Source: Octopus vulgaris
Taxonomy: Eukaryota
DNA: 64,000 nt
Direction of reading: 5' to 3'
NCBI GenBank assembly: GCA_951406725.2
Contig: OX597815.1
Location: 68,634,001-68,698,000, forward strand
The position numbers and the translations under genes were made by a program. The notes below the pieces were generated by a model. That model saw only the letters and a program-made list of their open reading frames with translations. It ran no database searches and was not told the origin of the DNA. Below, in pieces: positions 15,009-28,810 of this stretch. Within the stretch, counting starts at the first letter, position 1. Each line of letters opens with the position of its first letter.

Positions 15009-18000
15009 GTACATGACGCCACTGCTCCCCGTCCCTGGGCCTCTCGGGCCCATACCTTCCACACCCTCAGGGTGGGCACCCTCAACGTTGGCACTCTGAA
15101 AGGTAGGTCTGGCGAGATAGTCGAGATGCTTGAACGGAGACGGGTTGATGTATGTTGCATGCAAGAAATAAGGTGGAGAGGAGGATCTGCTAGGTTCCTC
15201 ACAGGCAAGGAACACAGGTACAAGATTTTCTGGGCAGGGAACACTGACGGGGTTGGTGGCGTGGGTATACTTATTGCTGAGAAATGGGTAGATAGAGTAA
15301 TTGAGGTAATCAGAGTAAGTGACAGAATACTTAAGATTAGAATAGCACTTCATAATAGATTAGCAACCATTATATCGGCCTATGCCCCTCAGCCAGGGCT
15401 ACCCGATGGACAGAAAGACAGTTTCTATGACACCCTACTGCAGACCACCTCATTGACGAACGACAGGGACCTTCTCTTTGTGGCTGGTGATTTCAATGGG
15501 CATGTTGGACAACATACTGGGGGCTTCCATGGCGTACGTGGAGGCTACGGTTATGGTTCCCGCAACGAGGAGGGAACCAGGCTGCTGGAGTTCTGCAATG
15601 CGAATAGTCTTATGGTCTGCAACACTAACTTCAGGAAACCAACAAGCCACCTGGTCACCTACCGATCGGGCCGGCATACTAGCCAAATCGACTACATCCT
15701 TGCCAGAAAAAGGGAAAGATGGCTGCTTATAAATGCCAAAACCTTCCCAGGCGAAGAATGCATCCCACAACATAGACTGGTAGTTAGTGACTTTAGGATC
15801 AGGAATAAGAGGGCGACTAGAAGATGACCGACATGGAGAAGAAGGGTCTGGAAGCTTAAAGACCCTGCGAATGGACAGAGATTTAGAGACATGTTACTTG
15901 AAGCCTTTGACGAAATGGAAGGGGGTATAGCTATGCATGGGGTAGAAGACAACTGGACGCTTCTGAGGGACAACCTGCTGAAAGCCACTGACCAGATCTG
16001 TGGCTGGTGCAAAGTCCCTTTAAGACCCAAAATAACGTGGTGGTGGAACAATATTGTTGACTGGGCTATTAGACAAAAGAAACAGGCTTGGAAGGCCTGG
16101 AAGAACGGGGGTAGCAGGGAAGTGTATCAGACTGCCAGAAGGGAAGCTAGGAGACAGGTCTATCTAGCCAGAGGGGAAGCAGATAAGAGAAAATTTGCCA
16201 ATGTCCTGCGCCGTGAGGATGAAAGACTTGAGGTATTTCGTGTTGCAAGACAGTGTGTGAGAGAGAATCGTGATGTGGTACGAGAGAAATGTGTTCGCAA
16301 GGATGACGGTTCACTTGCGCTAAATGAGGATGCAAAGAGAGAGGCTTGGAGAAGCCACTATGAAAGGTTGCTGAATGAGGAAAATGAATGGGATAAAGAG
16401 AGTCTGCCGAATGTCGACCCAACAGAGGGACCAGCTATCCGAGTTGATAGTCCCGTGGTAGCTAAGGCAATTAGAAGCATGAAGACAGGGAAAGCCCCAG
16501 GCCCATCAGGAATTACTGCAGAGATGCTCAAAATATCTGGTAGTGTCGGCTATAGCATAGTCACCCGTATAGTTAACCAGGTGATACACGAAGGAGTCAT
16601 ACCCAATGACTGGTGTAGCAGCATAATAGTCAACTGCTACAAAGGTAAAGGTGACGCCCTAGATACAAATAACTACAGGGGCATCAAGCTGTTGGATCAG
16701 GTAATGAAGGTTACGGAGAGGGTTATAGCCCAATTAATTAGAGAGAGAGTTAGCTTAGATGATATGCAGTTTGGGTTCGTGCCAGGGAAAAGTACTACTG
16801 AGGCTATATTCCTGGTAAGACAGCTGCAGGAGAAATACCTAGCCAAAGGTAAGCCCTTGTACCTGGCTTTTGTTGACTTGGAGAAAGCCTTTGACAGGGT
16901 CCCCTGATCCCTTATCTGGTGGTCAATGAGGAAACTAGGGATAGATGAATGGTTAGTGAGAGCTGTGCGAGCCATGTACAGAGACGCTGCTAGTAAGGTG
17001 AGGGTAGGCAACGAGTATAGTGAAGAATTTATCATAGTCCTCCAGGCAATAACGGAAGAATTCAAGACAGGATGCCCCTGGGAGCTCCTCTATGCTGATG
17101 ACCTTGCTCTAATTGCTGAGTCACTATCAGAACTGGAGGAGAAGTTTCAGGTGTGGAAACAAGGATTAGAATCGAAGGGCCTTAGAATCAACCTAGCCAA
17201 AACCAAAGTCCTAATAAGTAGGAAGGTGGACCAACCACAAACGACTTCAGGTAGATGGCCCTGCTCGATCTGTAAAAAAGGTGTAGGTAGAAACTCTATA
17301 AGGTGCACCAAGTGTAAGCTATGGACACATAAGAGGTGCAGCAATGTCAAAGGTAGGCTAACTGGGAAGATAGTTTTCGTATGTGGCAGATGCTCAGGAG
17401 AAATAAACTCTGGAAACGTGCAGAGACCAACTTCTACCACGTTCCAGGGAGACAAACTAGAAGTAGTTGATAGCTTCCGCTACCTAGGAGACCAAGTCAG
17501 TAGCGGGGGTGGGTGTGCTGAAAGTGTAACTGCTAGAGTAAGAATAGCCTGGGCAAAGTTTAGAGAGCTCTTACCCCTGCTGGTAACAAAAGGCCTCTCG
17601 CTCAGAGTAAACGGCAGACTGTATGATGCATGTGTTCGTACAGCCATGCTACATGGTAGTGAAACATGGGCCGTGACTGCTGAGGATATGCGTAAGCTCA
17701 CAAAAAATGAAGCCAGTATGCTCCGATGGATGTGTAATGTCAGTGTTCATAATCGTCAGAGTGTAAATACCTTGAGAGAAAAGTTGAACCTAAGAAGCGT
17801 CAGTTGTGGTGTGCAAGAGAGACGGCTGCGCTGGTATGGTCATATGACGAGAATAGCTGAAGATAGTTGTGTGCAAAAGTGCTACACCCTAGCAGTTGAG
17901 GGAACCTGTGGAAGAGGTAGACCCAGGAAAACCTGGGACGAAGTGGTGAAGCACGACCTTCGATCTTTAGGTCTCACCAAGGAAATGACTAGAGACCGAG

Positions 18001-18044
18001 ACCTATGGAAGTATGCTGTGCATGAGAAGACCCGGCAAGACTAG
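15009..18044 (+). pseudogene. RTE ORF (APE endonuclease - RT - PHD-like finger), disabled
   Basis: TLNV, QE, GDFNGH, IDY, AFVDLEKAFD, YADD, FRYLG motifs in one frame; TGA at 15825 and 16905; 51-nt in-frame deletion of RVEVGVHQGSVLSPLLF relative to copy 2. Confidence 0.95.
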
Positions 18045-18218
18045 TCAGGCCATAACCCATGGCCCCTACCTGGGACGTAGTCAGTCCACCTGTGCATACC
18101 TTCCTTCTTGTGACACTTGTGAAGACCTGTTGAGGCAAGTGAAAATCAAAAATCAAAATCAAATCAAATAAAATCAAAATAGATGAACATCAATGGAATT
18201 TGTATCTTTGTGGTACCA

Positions 18219-18497
18219 GTGCCGGTGGCACACGAGAAAACCATCCGAACGTATCCGAGCGTGGTCGTCTGCTAGCCTTGTCTGGCACCTGTGTCGGTGG
18301 CACATAAAAAAACCATCCGAGCGTGGCCGTTCGCCAGCCTCGTTTGGCACCTGTGTCGGTGGCACATAAAAACACCATCCGAGCGTGGCCGTTCGCCAGC
18401 CTCGTCTGGCACCTGTGTCGGTGGCACATAAAAACACCATCCGAGCGTGGCCGTTCGCCAGCCTCGTCTGGCACCTGTGTCGGTGGCACATAAAATC
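18219..18497 (+). repeat. 62-bp tandem array in RTE 3' UTR (4 units, 5 GTGYCggtGGCAC motifs)
   Basis: Motif starts at 18219, 18291, 18353, 18415, 18477. Confidence 0.95.
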
Positions 18498-21400
18498 ACC
18501 CACTACACTCTCGGAGTGGTTGGCGTTAGGAAGGGCATCCAGCTGTAGAAACACTGCCAGATCTGACTGGCCTGGTGCAGCCTTCGGGCTCCCCAGACCC
18601 CAGTTGAACCATCCAACCCATGCTAGCATGGAAAGCGGACGTTAAATGATGATGATGATGATGTCCATGTTTGTTATTTTTATTGTAGCCAGTATTATTA
18701 TAGTAGGATGCTCCCTTCTCTCCAGTCCAAGTAAGAGTGAAACTAATCTTCTGTCAGTAAAGCAGACTGGAACTGCAACATGAAATGCTTCTTCCTCAGG
18801 AGGAGCACAGCCTTTGTGCTGTAGTAATTGTCAGACTTTGATTACATGGGCAACAGGCCAATAATTTAACACCACAGATATATGCCTGTGTGTGTGTGCA
18901 CATATATATATATATAAATTGAATAAAATCCTGTTTAATGCTACAGAGATTTACTTCTCTTGTTATTACACATGATTGGTCAGTAAGCTAATGAAATTCG
19001 TAATTGTTTATTCCTTTGTCTCATTTTCTTATTAAATGTCTGTACTTGACTAATGCTTCGTTCTGAAGCATAAGTATATTGAGTTCTACACCAGGTTATT
19101 AGTTTCAAAATACCTCAGCAATATATATACAATTAATAATAATAAAGAGTACACGCCAGACAATTTTTACTGTCCAGTAAAGAGAACATAGAATTATTCA
19201 TCAGAAGAATTCACCGAGTGACTAACAACTAAATGTGGTCACAGACGTTAGATACTGATCGTTATGGTTTGCTGTTAACTGGAACTTAACTGATATATAT
19301 ATGTCAACTGCCTGGATGATATATCCTTCCACACTCAATATATATATATACCTATATATATATGTACACACACACACTCAAATACGTTATTTAAAAAACT
19401 TTTTTTTTCTCTATGTGTCAGGAGGGAAAGCACTGTGCATGACCTTCATGACTGGAGAGATGGAAGATGTATCATCAAACCAGGGATCTGCTCTAAGTGC
19501 TTGTAACAGAATGGATTCTGCTAAAGGCACTTTAGGATGCCAAGTCCTGATGTTAAACTAGGTGACAGGTTAAGTCTACCAAAATTTACAGAAAATGATT
19601 TTAAAATGGAGACAGAGAAGAAATCATTAAATGTTTTAGAAAGAGATGGGATGTGAAGAAATTCAGAGAATTTGAAATAACACAAAAGAGTTTTATTCGT
19701 TAAACTTTCATTCCACATAAAGTAAAATAAGATTTAAACTTTAAAAATTTTCTACAATGAGAGATACACTTACATATCATTATTTTGAAGAATTGGTCAG
19801 GAGATCTGGTGTTACTTTGCATATGAAAGTAGGTGATATTTTGACAAGAAATGCCTATTCTTACATTAGAATAAGTCCAAGGGAATTGATCCTATATCCT
19901 TATGGTTGTGAGTCCTACACCCTAACAGACACAAACACAAACACACACAGAGTATGCCCTTATTGCAGTATTATCAATATGTGCAAAGTGGAATGGTTTC
20001 CATTGACAACTAAAACCAATTTATAGGGTTAAACCTCAAGAAAGGAAGTTTTTCTACAATGTTGACCTATTGCTTTCTTTTCACAAAGTATAAATAAAAT
20101 AGCCTTATATGTTTAGAAGTAGTGGAATTGGATGTTATGATATTCATGCTATTTCTAACGATACTATTTAGTTTAAGAGGAAAATGAAATGACAAAGCTG
20201 AGAATGAAAATTAAATTATAAGTCTTCATTTACAAAGATCTTATATCTTTCCTCTAAGGCACTGAATTACACAGTTAAAAGATGAGGCCAAATTTGCATA
20301 TGAAGCAATTAAAATCAACTGAACTGATCTTGGTATATTACTATTATATTATCCATGCTGTTGGGATTGATAGAATGGAAGTCAGCTACAGGAGGATTAC
20401 CTTAAAAGATGTAAAGTTGAATACTGCAAAACACGCACCTGGGAATCACTGAGCTGCTAAAATATTCATTCTTTTGACTCAGCACAATGGGGAAGGGAAA
20501 TTTGGTAAAGTGTGATGTTCATGCTTTTTCCAAGAGTATTGATATGGTAAGTGAAATAAATATGCAGAAGCTAAGAATTAAAACCAGATTGCAATCTTTT
20601 ATCAGCAGCTTATTTCTTGCCTTACAATGCTACCATTAATAATTACATTGATTATAAATTTTGGCATAAGGCCATCAAGTTCGAGGGAGGGCATAAGTCA
20701 ATTACATCAATACCAGTGTTCAAAATGGGATGAAAGGCAAAGTCAACCTTGGTGGAATTTGAACTCAGAACATAAAGATGGATGAAATGCCGTTAAGCAT
20801 TTTTATCTGGCATGCTAATAGTTCTGCAAGCTCACTGCTTTAGATGGTGCCTAGTGTATTAAACATTAATAATTACAACAAGGATTTGTCATTTCAGCTG
20901 ACCAATTATTGGTAGGAATTATTCATTTATAAGATTGATCCTAATATCAGTGGTACTTATTTTATTGATGCCAACACATGAACAGTCAAATCCACCCAAA
21001 CAAGGTTTAAAATCAAAAATGCTGTAAAGAAACCAAACCAAAATATTACTATTGCATTTAGTTTTCTTTCATGTAAACATGTAGCCTTTTTGCTTTTTCC
21101 TGGTTAAAATTTATTTTTAAAAAGGATGAGATGATGGATATAATTTCATTATAAAAGGCATTTCATTACCATAAACAAAAACCAGGAAGTAATGTTTGCT
21201 TTTTTAGCTCATTTTTTTAATATATATATTTTTTTATGTATTAAATACAGAACAATTAAAGATTTTTCCAGATTTTACAGAATTTAATTAAAAGAAAAGA
21301 AAAAAGAAGTAAAAACAACACTATGGAAAAATTGTTCAAGAAAATAGAGTGGCCTTTAAAACAGGCCTAGCCCATATGATAGGGTTAAAAGGAATTTTTA

Positions 21401-21689
21401 AAAAATGAAAAAAAAAAAAATGAACAGATAATTGAATATTGCTACAAGGTAATACTGATCTTTTTTGTTTAAAGTTAAATAAAGTTAACTGTTTTTGCCC
21501 AAAGACATTACATCTTCACCAGAACAACCTTTGTTCAAGGAACTTCAAGTAATCAGCAATTGAACGCATCCATCAATGATCTATTTACAGGCCTTTTCAT
21601 AGAGTAGTAGCAGTAGTAGCAATTGGTTGACAATTGCTGGCACAACAACAAAACAAATACAATTAAACAAAACAAAAAGAGAAATTTAA

Positions 21690-21865
21690 CCCTTTAGCAT
21701 TTAAACCAGTCAGATCCAGCTTCTCACACTTATCCTACAGCATCATTCTAAAAATAAATGATCACATCATCAAAATCTTCAAGCTATGAGATAACGCACA
21801 ATTAATTCAAAACAATGTGAACAAATAGGCATTACATGAGACAAAGTAATCTGAATGCTAAAGGG
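21690..21865. mobile_element. piggyBac-type MITE family B
   Basis: TTAA-CCCTTTAGCATT ... AATGCTAAAGGG-TTGA termini. Confidence 0.85.
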
Positions 21866-22609
21866 TTGAGTAACAAAACAATGAAATCAAGGTAGCCAAC
21901 AGTTTTTGTATTTTTGCTTTTGTTTTTTTTAATTGATGAGGCACAAATTCTCAGGTTTACCAGGAATGAGAGTAGAAAAAAAAGTAGGGGTACAAAATTG
22001 TGGTATTTATGCTTTTCTTGTGGCATATTTTCATAATGTAAGTGAAGCAAATAGCTTCAGAAAATGACCCTATCAAAAATAAATATACACTTCTTAACAT
22101 TTTTTACAAAGGAAATCATTTCAAATAAATTAATTTCATCATTATCATTGTCATTTAACGTCCATGTTCCATGTTGGCATGAGCAGAACAGTTTGATAGG
22201 ATCCAATGTTTCCAAAGACTGCATTGTGCTGCAGTGTCTGCTTTGGTATGGTTTCTATGGTTGAACGACCTTCCTAGTACGAACCACTTTATATTATGTA
22301 TACTGGGTGCTTTTTTCTGAGCCACCAGCACTAATGAAGTCAGCATACAGCTTGCAAGACAACGAACCTTGAAAGAGGCAACTTTATACTAGAGTATGAG
22401 GGGTTAAAGTAGAGAAAAGGGACCAGAGTAGAATAGGTTTCTTGCTGTGGAGGAGCTACATGGCTGCTCACATTTTAGAAGAGAGAATGGGAGGGGGGAT
22501 CAGGGGTGTAACAGGGAAGAGCAAAAAAATAGTAATTATTATTACAAAATTTGTTTTGAATTCTAGAAATGAAAAGGAAGATTACACCTTTTTTTCTGGC
22601 CCACTCCAA

Positions 22610-22975
22610 AGGCTTGAGAGTGGATTTGGTAGATAGAAAGTGACAAGAAGCCTGTTGTATATGTAAAGGTGTGTGCGTGATTGAATGCATATGCATGTGC
22701 ATGTTTGTGTGTGTGTGCACAGAGTATGAGTTTGTTCATGTATCCTTGTCTTGGCATTGTATGCAAATTGTAAACAAACATCACCATCATACAAAGACAG
22801 TGGCATCATTTGTTTGCAATCTTCCCAGGAAATCATGCTGTGAGCACTGTGCTGTTTGTGCTTGAAGGACTAAAAGAAGAAATATTGTCTTGCTGTAGAA
22901 AATCTGCCTCAACAAATTTCATCTGGCACATACAAGCATGATAAAATGGATGTTAAAACAATGATGATGATGACA
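22610..22975 (+). mobile_element. CORE-type SINE body with RTE-like (GAT)n tail
   Basis: gagtggatttggtaga body, (GT)n middle, caagcatgataaaatggatgttaaaacaatgatgatg end. Confidence 0.65.
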
Positions 22976-23661
22976 ACAATGATAGCAATGAGTGAAAGTT
23001 GATGCTTTCCACTTCACCATTACCAAGTCATTTCATTGTCATCTGGGATTAAATTCAAAGTTAAGATACCATTATTGTTCCTGAAAGTTGTTTTTTATAC
23101 TTCTGTCGACTGCTCAAAGTTCACTAACTTCCTACATTTGTATCCTTGGATCTCACTTTTACACACAGATATATCAATATATAATGAACTTATTGTATAG
23201 TGTTCAGGTGCACTACAACTGTGTTACATTATATATAAAAACATTTTAACAATAAACAGAAGTATTATTTAATACTTTCTAGTTGAGTACATGTCTATTA
23301 TACTTTTACAAGGAGAAAGAGTGGCAAAGACTTTAAGGCTTCAGCTTAATCAACTTCACTAGCCAGTCTGATGTAGGTGAACAAGCTGAAACCTTGAAGA
23401 TACTGACAACATTTTCCTTGCAACTGTTATGATTCAGCGACTGCTATGTGTTGGTGCATTCCACCTGAGAAAGCACCAACACACCTATCACTGAATCATA
23501 TATAGTTATTCTAAACAATAATTTTATGTAATGATATATAAATGAAACTTAAAACTGGTGTCCAGTACAGAAATAAATGTTGCGATTTGATATTAAAGCC
23601 TGCTGTTTCCATCTTCATGTTACATAATTCTCTTATATTTAAACACACACACACAATATAT

Positions 23662-24116
<455 letters not shown>

Positions 24117-24460
24117 CACATACACATACATGCCTGCATATTAAGAAAAAGGCAGAATTTTAATAAAAACTATTTAGTGTTTTCATCCCTTTCAGGGACT
24201 CATCATAAATGATTTCTTATACAAAATGCATACCTTTTATAAATATATATGAATTAGTTAAAAAACCACTCCCAAAACATCTTTCCAAAACCCAAGAAAA
24301 AAACTCAACTCCTGTTTTTTGTTTTAAGTAACTCACATTATACACACACACACACATATATATATTATATATATCATATATATATAATATATATAATACA
24401 TAACATATATAAAATATATACATACATAACATATATAAAATATATACATACATACATATA

Positions 24461-24501
<41 letters not shown>

Positions 24502-24517
24502 ACATATATATATATAC

Positions 24518-24548
<31 letters not shown>

Positions 24549-24571
24549 CATACATATATATATACATATAT

Positions 24572-24624
<53 letters not shown>

Positions 24625-25587
24625 ACGCACTTATAAAGATTGAGATTCCAAATGGATACTAAATTTAATTTCTATTATTATTTTTATTTTCTGAAGGGAA
24701 AATATTTTTGTCTTGCTAAATGGGTTTAGTTACCATTCACAAGAAATGTTGGTATCTTTTTGTTTTTATTTGTTTGTGTTGCAAAAACAAAACAATGTGG
24801 GTGGGGTTAAAGGAAAATACACACACACAAGCAAAACAAACATAACAACTTCACAACTTCCAATAGATAATGAAATAAAACGACAAAATCTATGTCCTTT
24901 GTGCTCTACAATAATATAGTAACATCATAGAAAGTAGAATGATAATCCAACAATGCAGTCTTTAAACAGTAACTCCAGGCAAGATACACTGGGGTTGGAA
25001 TCTTTTTATCACTGTCTATTGCCAAAATTAAAATTAGGAACTCAATATTTTCAATCAAAGATCACAAAAATACTCAGAGGTCCCATGGCATACTTTAATT
25101 TCTCTATAGCTCAGTACAGATTAGAAGCAAAAAAATATTTGCTTTTCAAACGCATCATAATAATCAATGCCTAGACATTTTGCTTATACTGTTTCCATGG
25201 TGTATAAATGGTCAAGATCACAATATTCTCCACTGAATGCAATGCCAGTTCATTACAGGGTGATCTGATTGTTTTTTAACAGCTGAATGGACTGGAGCAA
25301 CATGAAATGAAGTATTATGCTCAGGAATACAATGAATTGCCCTGTCCAGAAACTGAAGCCACAATCTTGCATTCATGAGTGCAACACCCTAACCACAATG
25401 CCTTCGTAAATATTGAGGGACATAGGATGTAAATTTTGTTTTGTTCTTTTTTAGAAAGGCCTGGTGATTTTTCTCTAAGAAAATTTCATTTAAACTAAAT
25501 ACATTGAAGTGAAAAATAAGAGAGATATAGAGGGGGAGAGAGAGAGAGTGATCGATATGTATAGATGTAATAACTGCAATAATGATG

Positions 25588-25630
<43 letters not shown>

Positions 25631-26558
25631 TAGATTGATAAAAGAGAAAGTTATTGCATCTCAAGATGTGTAGCAATAATAATAATAATAAAGAAAATGA
25701 GTGAATGTAAAGGCATGGATGGAAGGGGAGGAAGAGAAAATATGGATTATAAACATCGTTGAATGAAAACATCCAACCCTTTCGGAGGTAAGAGTAAGAG
25801 GAAACTCAATAAAAACAAATATGTTACAAAGGAAAGAAAAAATTTTTAATCACAAAGACACCAATTGCAGTTTGTAACCAATGTGTGTGTGTGTGTGTGT
25901 GTGTGTGTGAGACAAGGAATTTAAATTCCTGTAAAAAAAGTAAAGCCATGAAAATTATATCATAACAACAAAAGGAACTAATGAAATTTTCCTCCCAATT
26001 TTTTTTTTTATATTAATTAATTAATTAATGAACCCTTTCTTCAAAATTAAAAATTAACTTCTTTTCTTTTTTTTTTAAGAAATGAGAAAATGAAAATAAA
26101 ATAAAATAATTTCGTTTTCCTTTTTTTACAGATACATATAAACCTTCTTTACTGTTTGAATTCGACAAGGAATTCCCCACGGTGATAAAAATTTCAATTC
26201 AAAATGTGATTTTTTTTTTTTTGTTTCTCCTCACCACCCAAATTTCAAATTGATTAAAACAGAGGTGTTTTTACACATACTTTAATTGACATTTGATCTT
26301 AAATTGTAAATTTTAATTTTATCCCCAACAACACTATTATTTTTCAGGTAACGAAAACACTTCAGAATTATCAATTTCAAATTTCAAACTGAAAATTAGA
26401 AGTGAAAAAAAAGAAAAAAAACATTGGATTTGAATCAAAATTTGAACAAAAATTTGGTTGTCTTGAAACAGAGAAAGATTTCAAAATGGGTAACAAAATG
26501 AAAAAAGGGGAGTGAGAGAGAGAGAAAGAGAGAGAAAAAAAATTGGAGTGATTCTCCT

Positions 26559-26657
26559 TTATGAGTGGCCCTTTTCTAAAGAATTCATTTTATCATCATC
26601 AAGGGTCATACTCTTCTGCATCTTGTCAATACTGTCTTCTATAGTGTTGAAACCAAC
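26559..26657 (-). CDS. Terminal coding exon of unidentified minus-strand gene (VGFNTIEDSIDKMQKSMTLDDDKMNSLEKGHS*)
   Basis: Acceptor cttcctcttctctattaacag; phase 0 matches the 35-nt exon; ends in TAA. Confidence 0.8.
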   Translation of the reverse strand, partial: VGFNTIEDSIDKMQKSMTLDDDKMNSLEKGHS

Positions 26658-27063
26658 CTGTTAATAGAGAAGAGGAAGTACCATTAGAAACGATAGAAGT
26701 AGAGAGAAAGAATAGAAAGGAAGTAGAAATTGAATGCAAAATAATAATAATTCTTTGTAATTTTGGCACAAGTCCAGCAATTTTGAAGGGAGGGAGCAAG
26801 TTAATAACATCACCCCTTGTACTTGACTGGTACTTTATCTTATCAACCCTGAAAGAAATCCCTTCTTACTGTACAATGAGTTTTTAACCTGGACAATAGT
26901 GCTTCCTTGGAGAGGCATGCACATATAACACACACAGACGCATACACACAAATTAACAATGTACAAAAGGGGAAAAACAAAAATACTATGTAAATATATT
27001 ATCAAAAAATCAAGGTGAGGTTGGTCAAAGTAACAAAATGAGAAAAAGAATAAAATTCATTAC

Positions 27064-27098
27064 CTTTAAATTATCTTCTTTCATGTTAGAATTTGGTC
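27064..27098 (-). CDS. 35-nt exon (GPNSNMKEDNLK), phase 1->0
   Basis: tttcatttcaattctag acceptor, AAG|gtaatg donor; joins the phase-1 exon to the terminal exon in frame. Confidence 0.75.
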
Positions 27099-27334
27099 CT
27101 AGAATTGAAATGAAATAATAAAATAGTATGACACAAGCAGCTCAATAAAATTTAGTACAACAGAGGAATTGAACACACATACAGGGTGAAGCAAAAAAAA
27201 GTGAAACTCATACTCACCATTCTTGTTAAACATGGATCTGGGAGGTTTATTTACACAGTATATAAATACACACGATAGTGGTAAGCATTAAGAATGAGTG
27301 TTCAACACTGTGTTTAGTGGATAAATATATTCTT

Positions 27335-27492
27335 TATTAATGGATCTGGTGTTATCATAGGTTTCATATGAAAACATCACAATTATCAAGTATTGCACTT
27401 AAAATGTTGGTAATCCATCTCCATTTTGGAGGCACTTGATAATAGTGATATTTTGGCATGAAACTAATGGTAGCATTGTAAATCCACTAATA
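27335..27492. repeat. ~57-bp imperfect inverted repeat (intronic hairpin/MITE)
   Basis: tattaatggat...attatcaagt vs acttgataat...atccactaata. Confidence 0.75.
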
Positions 27493-28810
27493 AATATCTA
27501 GCTATCTCTCTCTCCCTACACACACACACAGAAATACATATTGAGAAGGTACATAGACACTATGTAAAGATACATAGATTCTCATAATTTATGCATGAAC
27601 ATACATTAAATATAGATAAGTCAGAAGATCAGTGAAGTTCTATGAGTCAAATCTGCAATCTAGATTTAATGACCAGTTTTAATACCTTGGCTAAGCATGT
27701 TAGTGCTCTCAGGAATGGCACAAATATTAAAACAACTCTTTGCAGTAACTTTGATGTCTTGATTTAGATAACATATACAAGCATTACATACACATAGAAG
27801 TATAAATCATATGTAGATTTAATATAGTAGCACAACCTTTATGTATCCTGCTATGTATATGTTAAGCTATTATAGTATACAACCTCTACATACCGTACTA
27901 TATATATAGTACTATATATAGAGCTAATACAATACACAGGCTATCTAACAGTTATTAACCCTCTCCTTGCTGATAAAAGTTTTGGTGACATAACACACTA
28001 ATCATATGCAAATCAGTCCTCACATCCTCTTTTTATTAGCCAATAAAAATACAATATGTGTACTGTCATGTGAATTATGAATAATTTTAAGAAAAACAAG
28101 CTAACTTGGTTTCTGGGTCCCAAAGTATATGCACAGAACCCAGTATACTTGATTCACATACAGTAAGGCTTCAACCAATAGCAATGGTGCCCCAGTATTT
28201 TGAAAGCAGACTTTCATTTTCAAAAGTTTATTTTTGAAGACATTTTTGTGTGTGTCTGTGTGTAGTTTTCATAGTTTCCATAGTTCAAATACAGTACAAG
28301 TAACAACCTAGATTTTCTGTGAAAGTGGTGAGGTAATATGCTGGTAATTTGATTTTCCCTTCTCATTATATAAAAAGTTTTGCACTCAACAGAAATTTTT
28401 TTTTTGTTATGGAAACTTTTATCGAGCTGAAATTAGAAAGACTGATCAGTTAAACATTAGAATGAAACAAATGAACAAAACTAAAATAAAACGAAAATCT
28501 TAGCAATAACAATTAAAAAAAAAGAAAAGAACATGAATAAAAGGCATTCACCATCTCATGCTGCATGCATCAAGCAGTTTATGGACTCTATTGGAAACCA
28601 TGCAAAGTGAATGCAACACAATACTGATAATACATACACACAAACTTACATAAAATATTTAATAGATATATAGCAAAGTTGCAGTGAAGTATACATATTA
28701 ATTTTCACAAGCACAACAACATTTCACTTATATATATATATATATAAAGGTGAACTATGGATGGATGTGTGTGTGCATGTGGTTGTATATGTCTGTGTGT
28801 GTGTACATGT

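Larger units (their letters stand above)
15009..18663 (+). mobile_element. Near full-length RTE-clade LINE (copy 1)
   Basis: Single frame encoding APE endonuclease + RT; 3' UTR with tandem array; (GAT)n tail. Confidence 0.97.

Noticed and set aside
27218-27237. 20-nt candidate exon with gtgagt donor
   Set aside because: Needs phase-2 entry and no compatible upstream exon was found
28551-28586. 36-nt candidate exon
   Set aside because: Contains TGA in the phase-1 frame required by its neighbours
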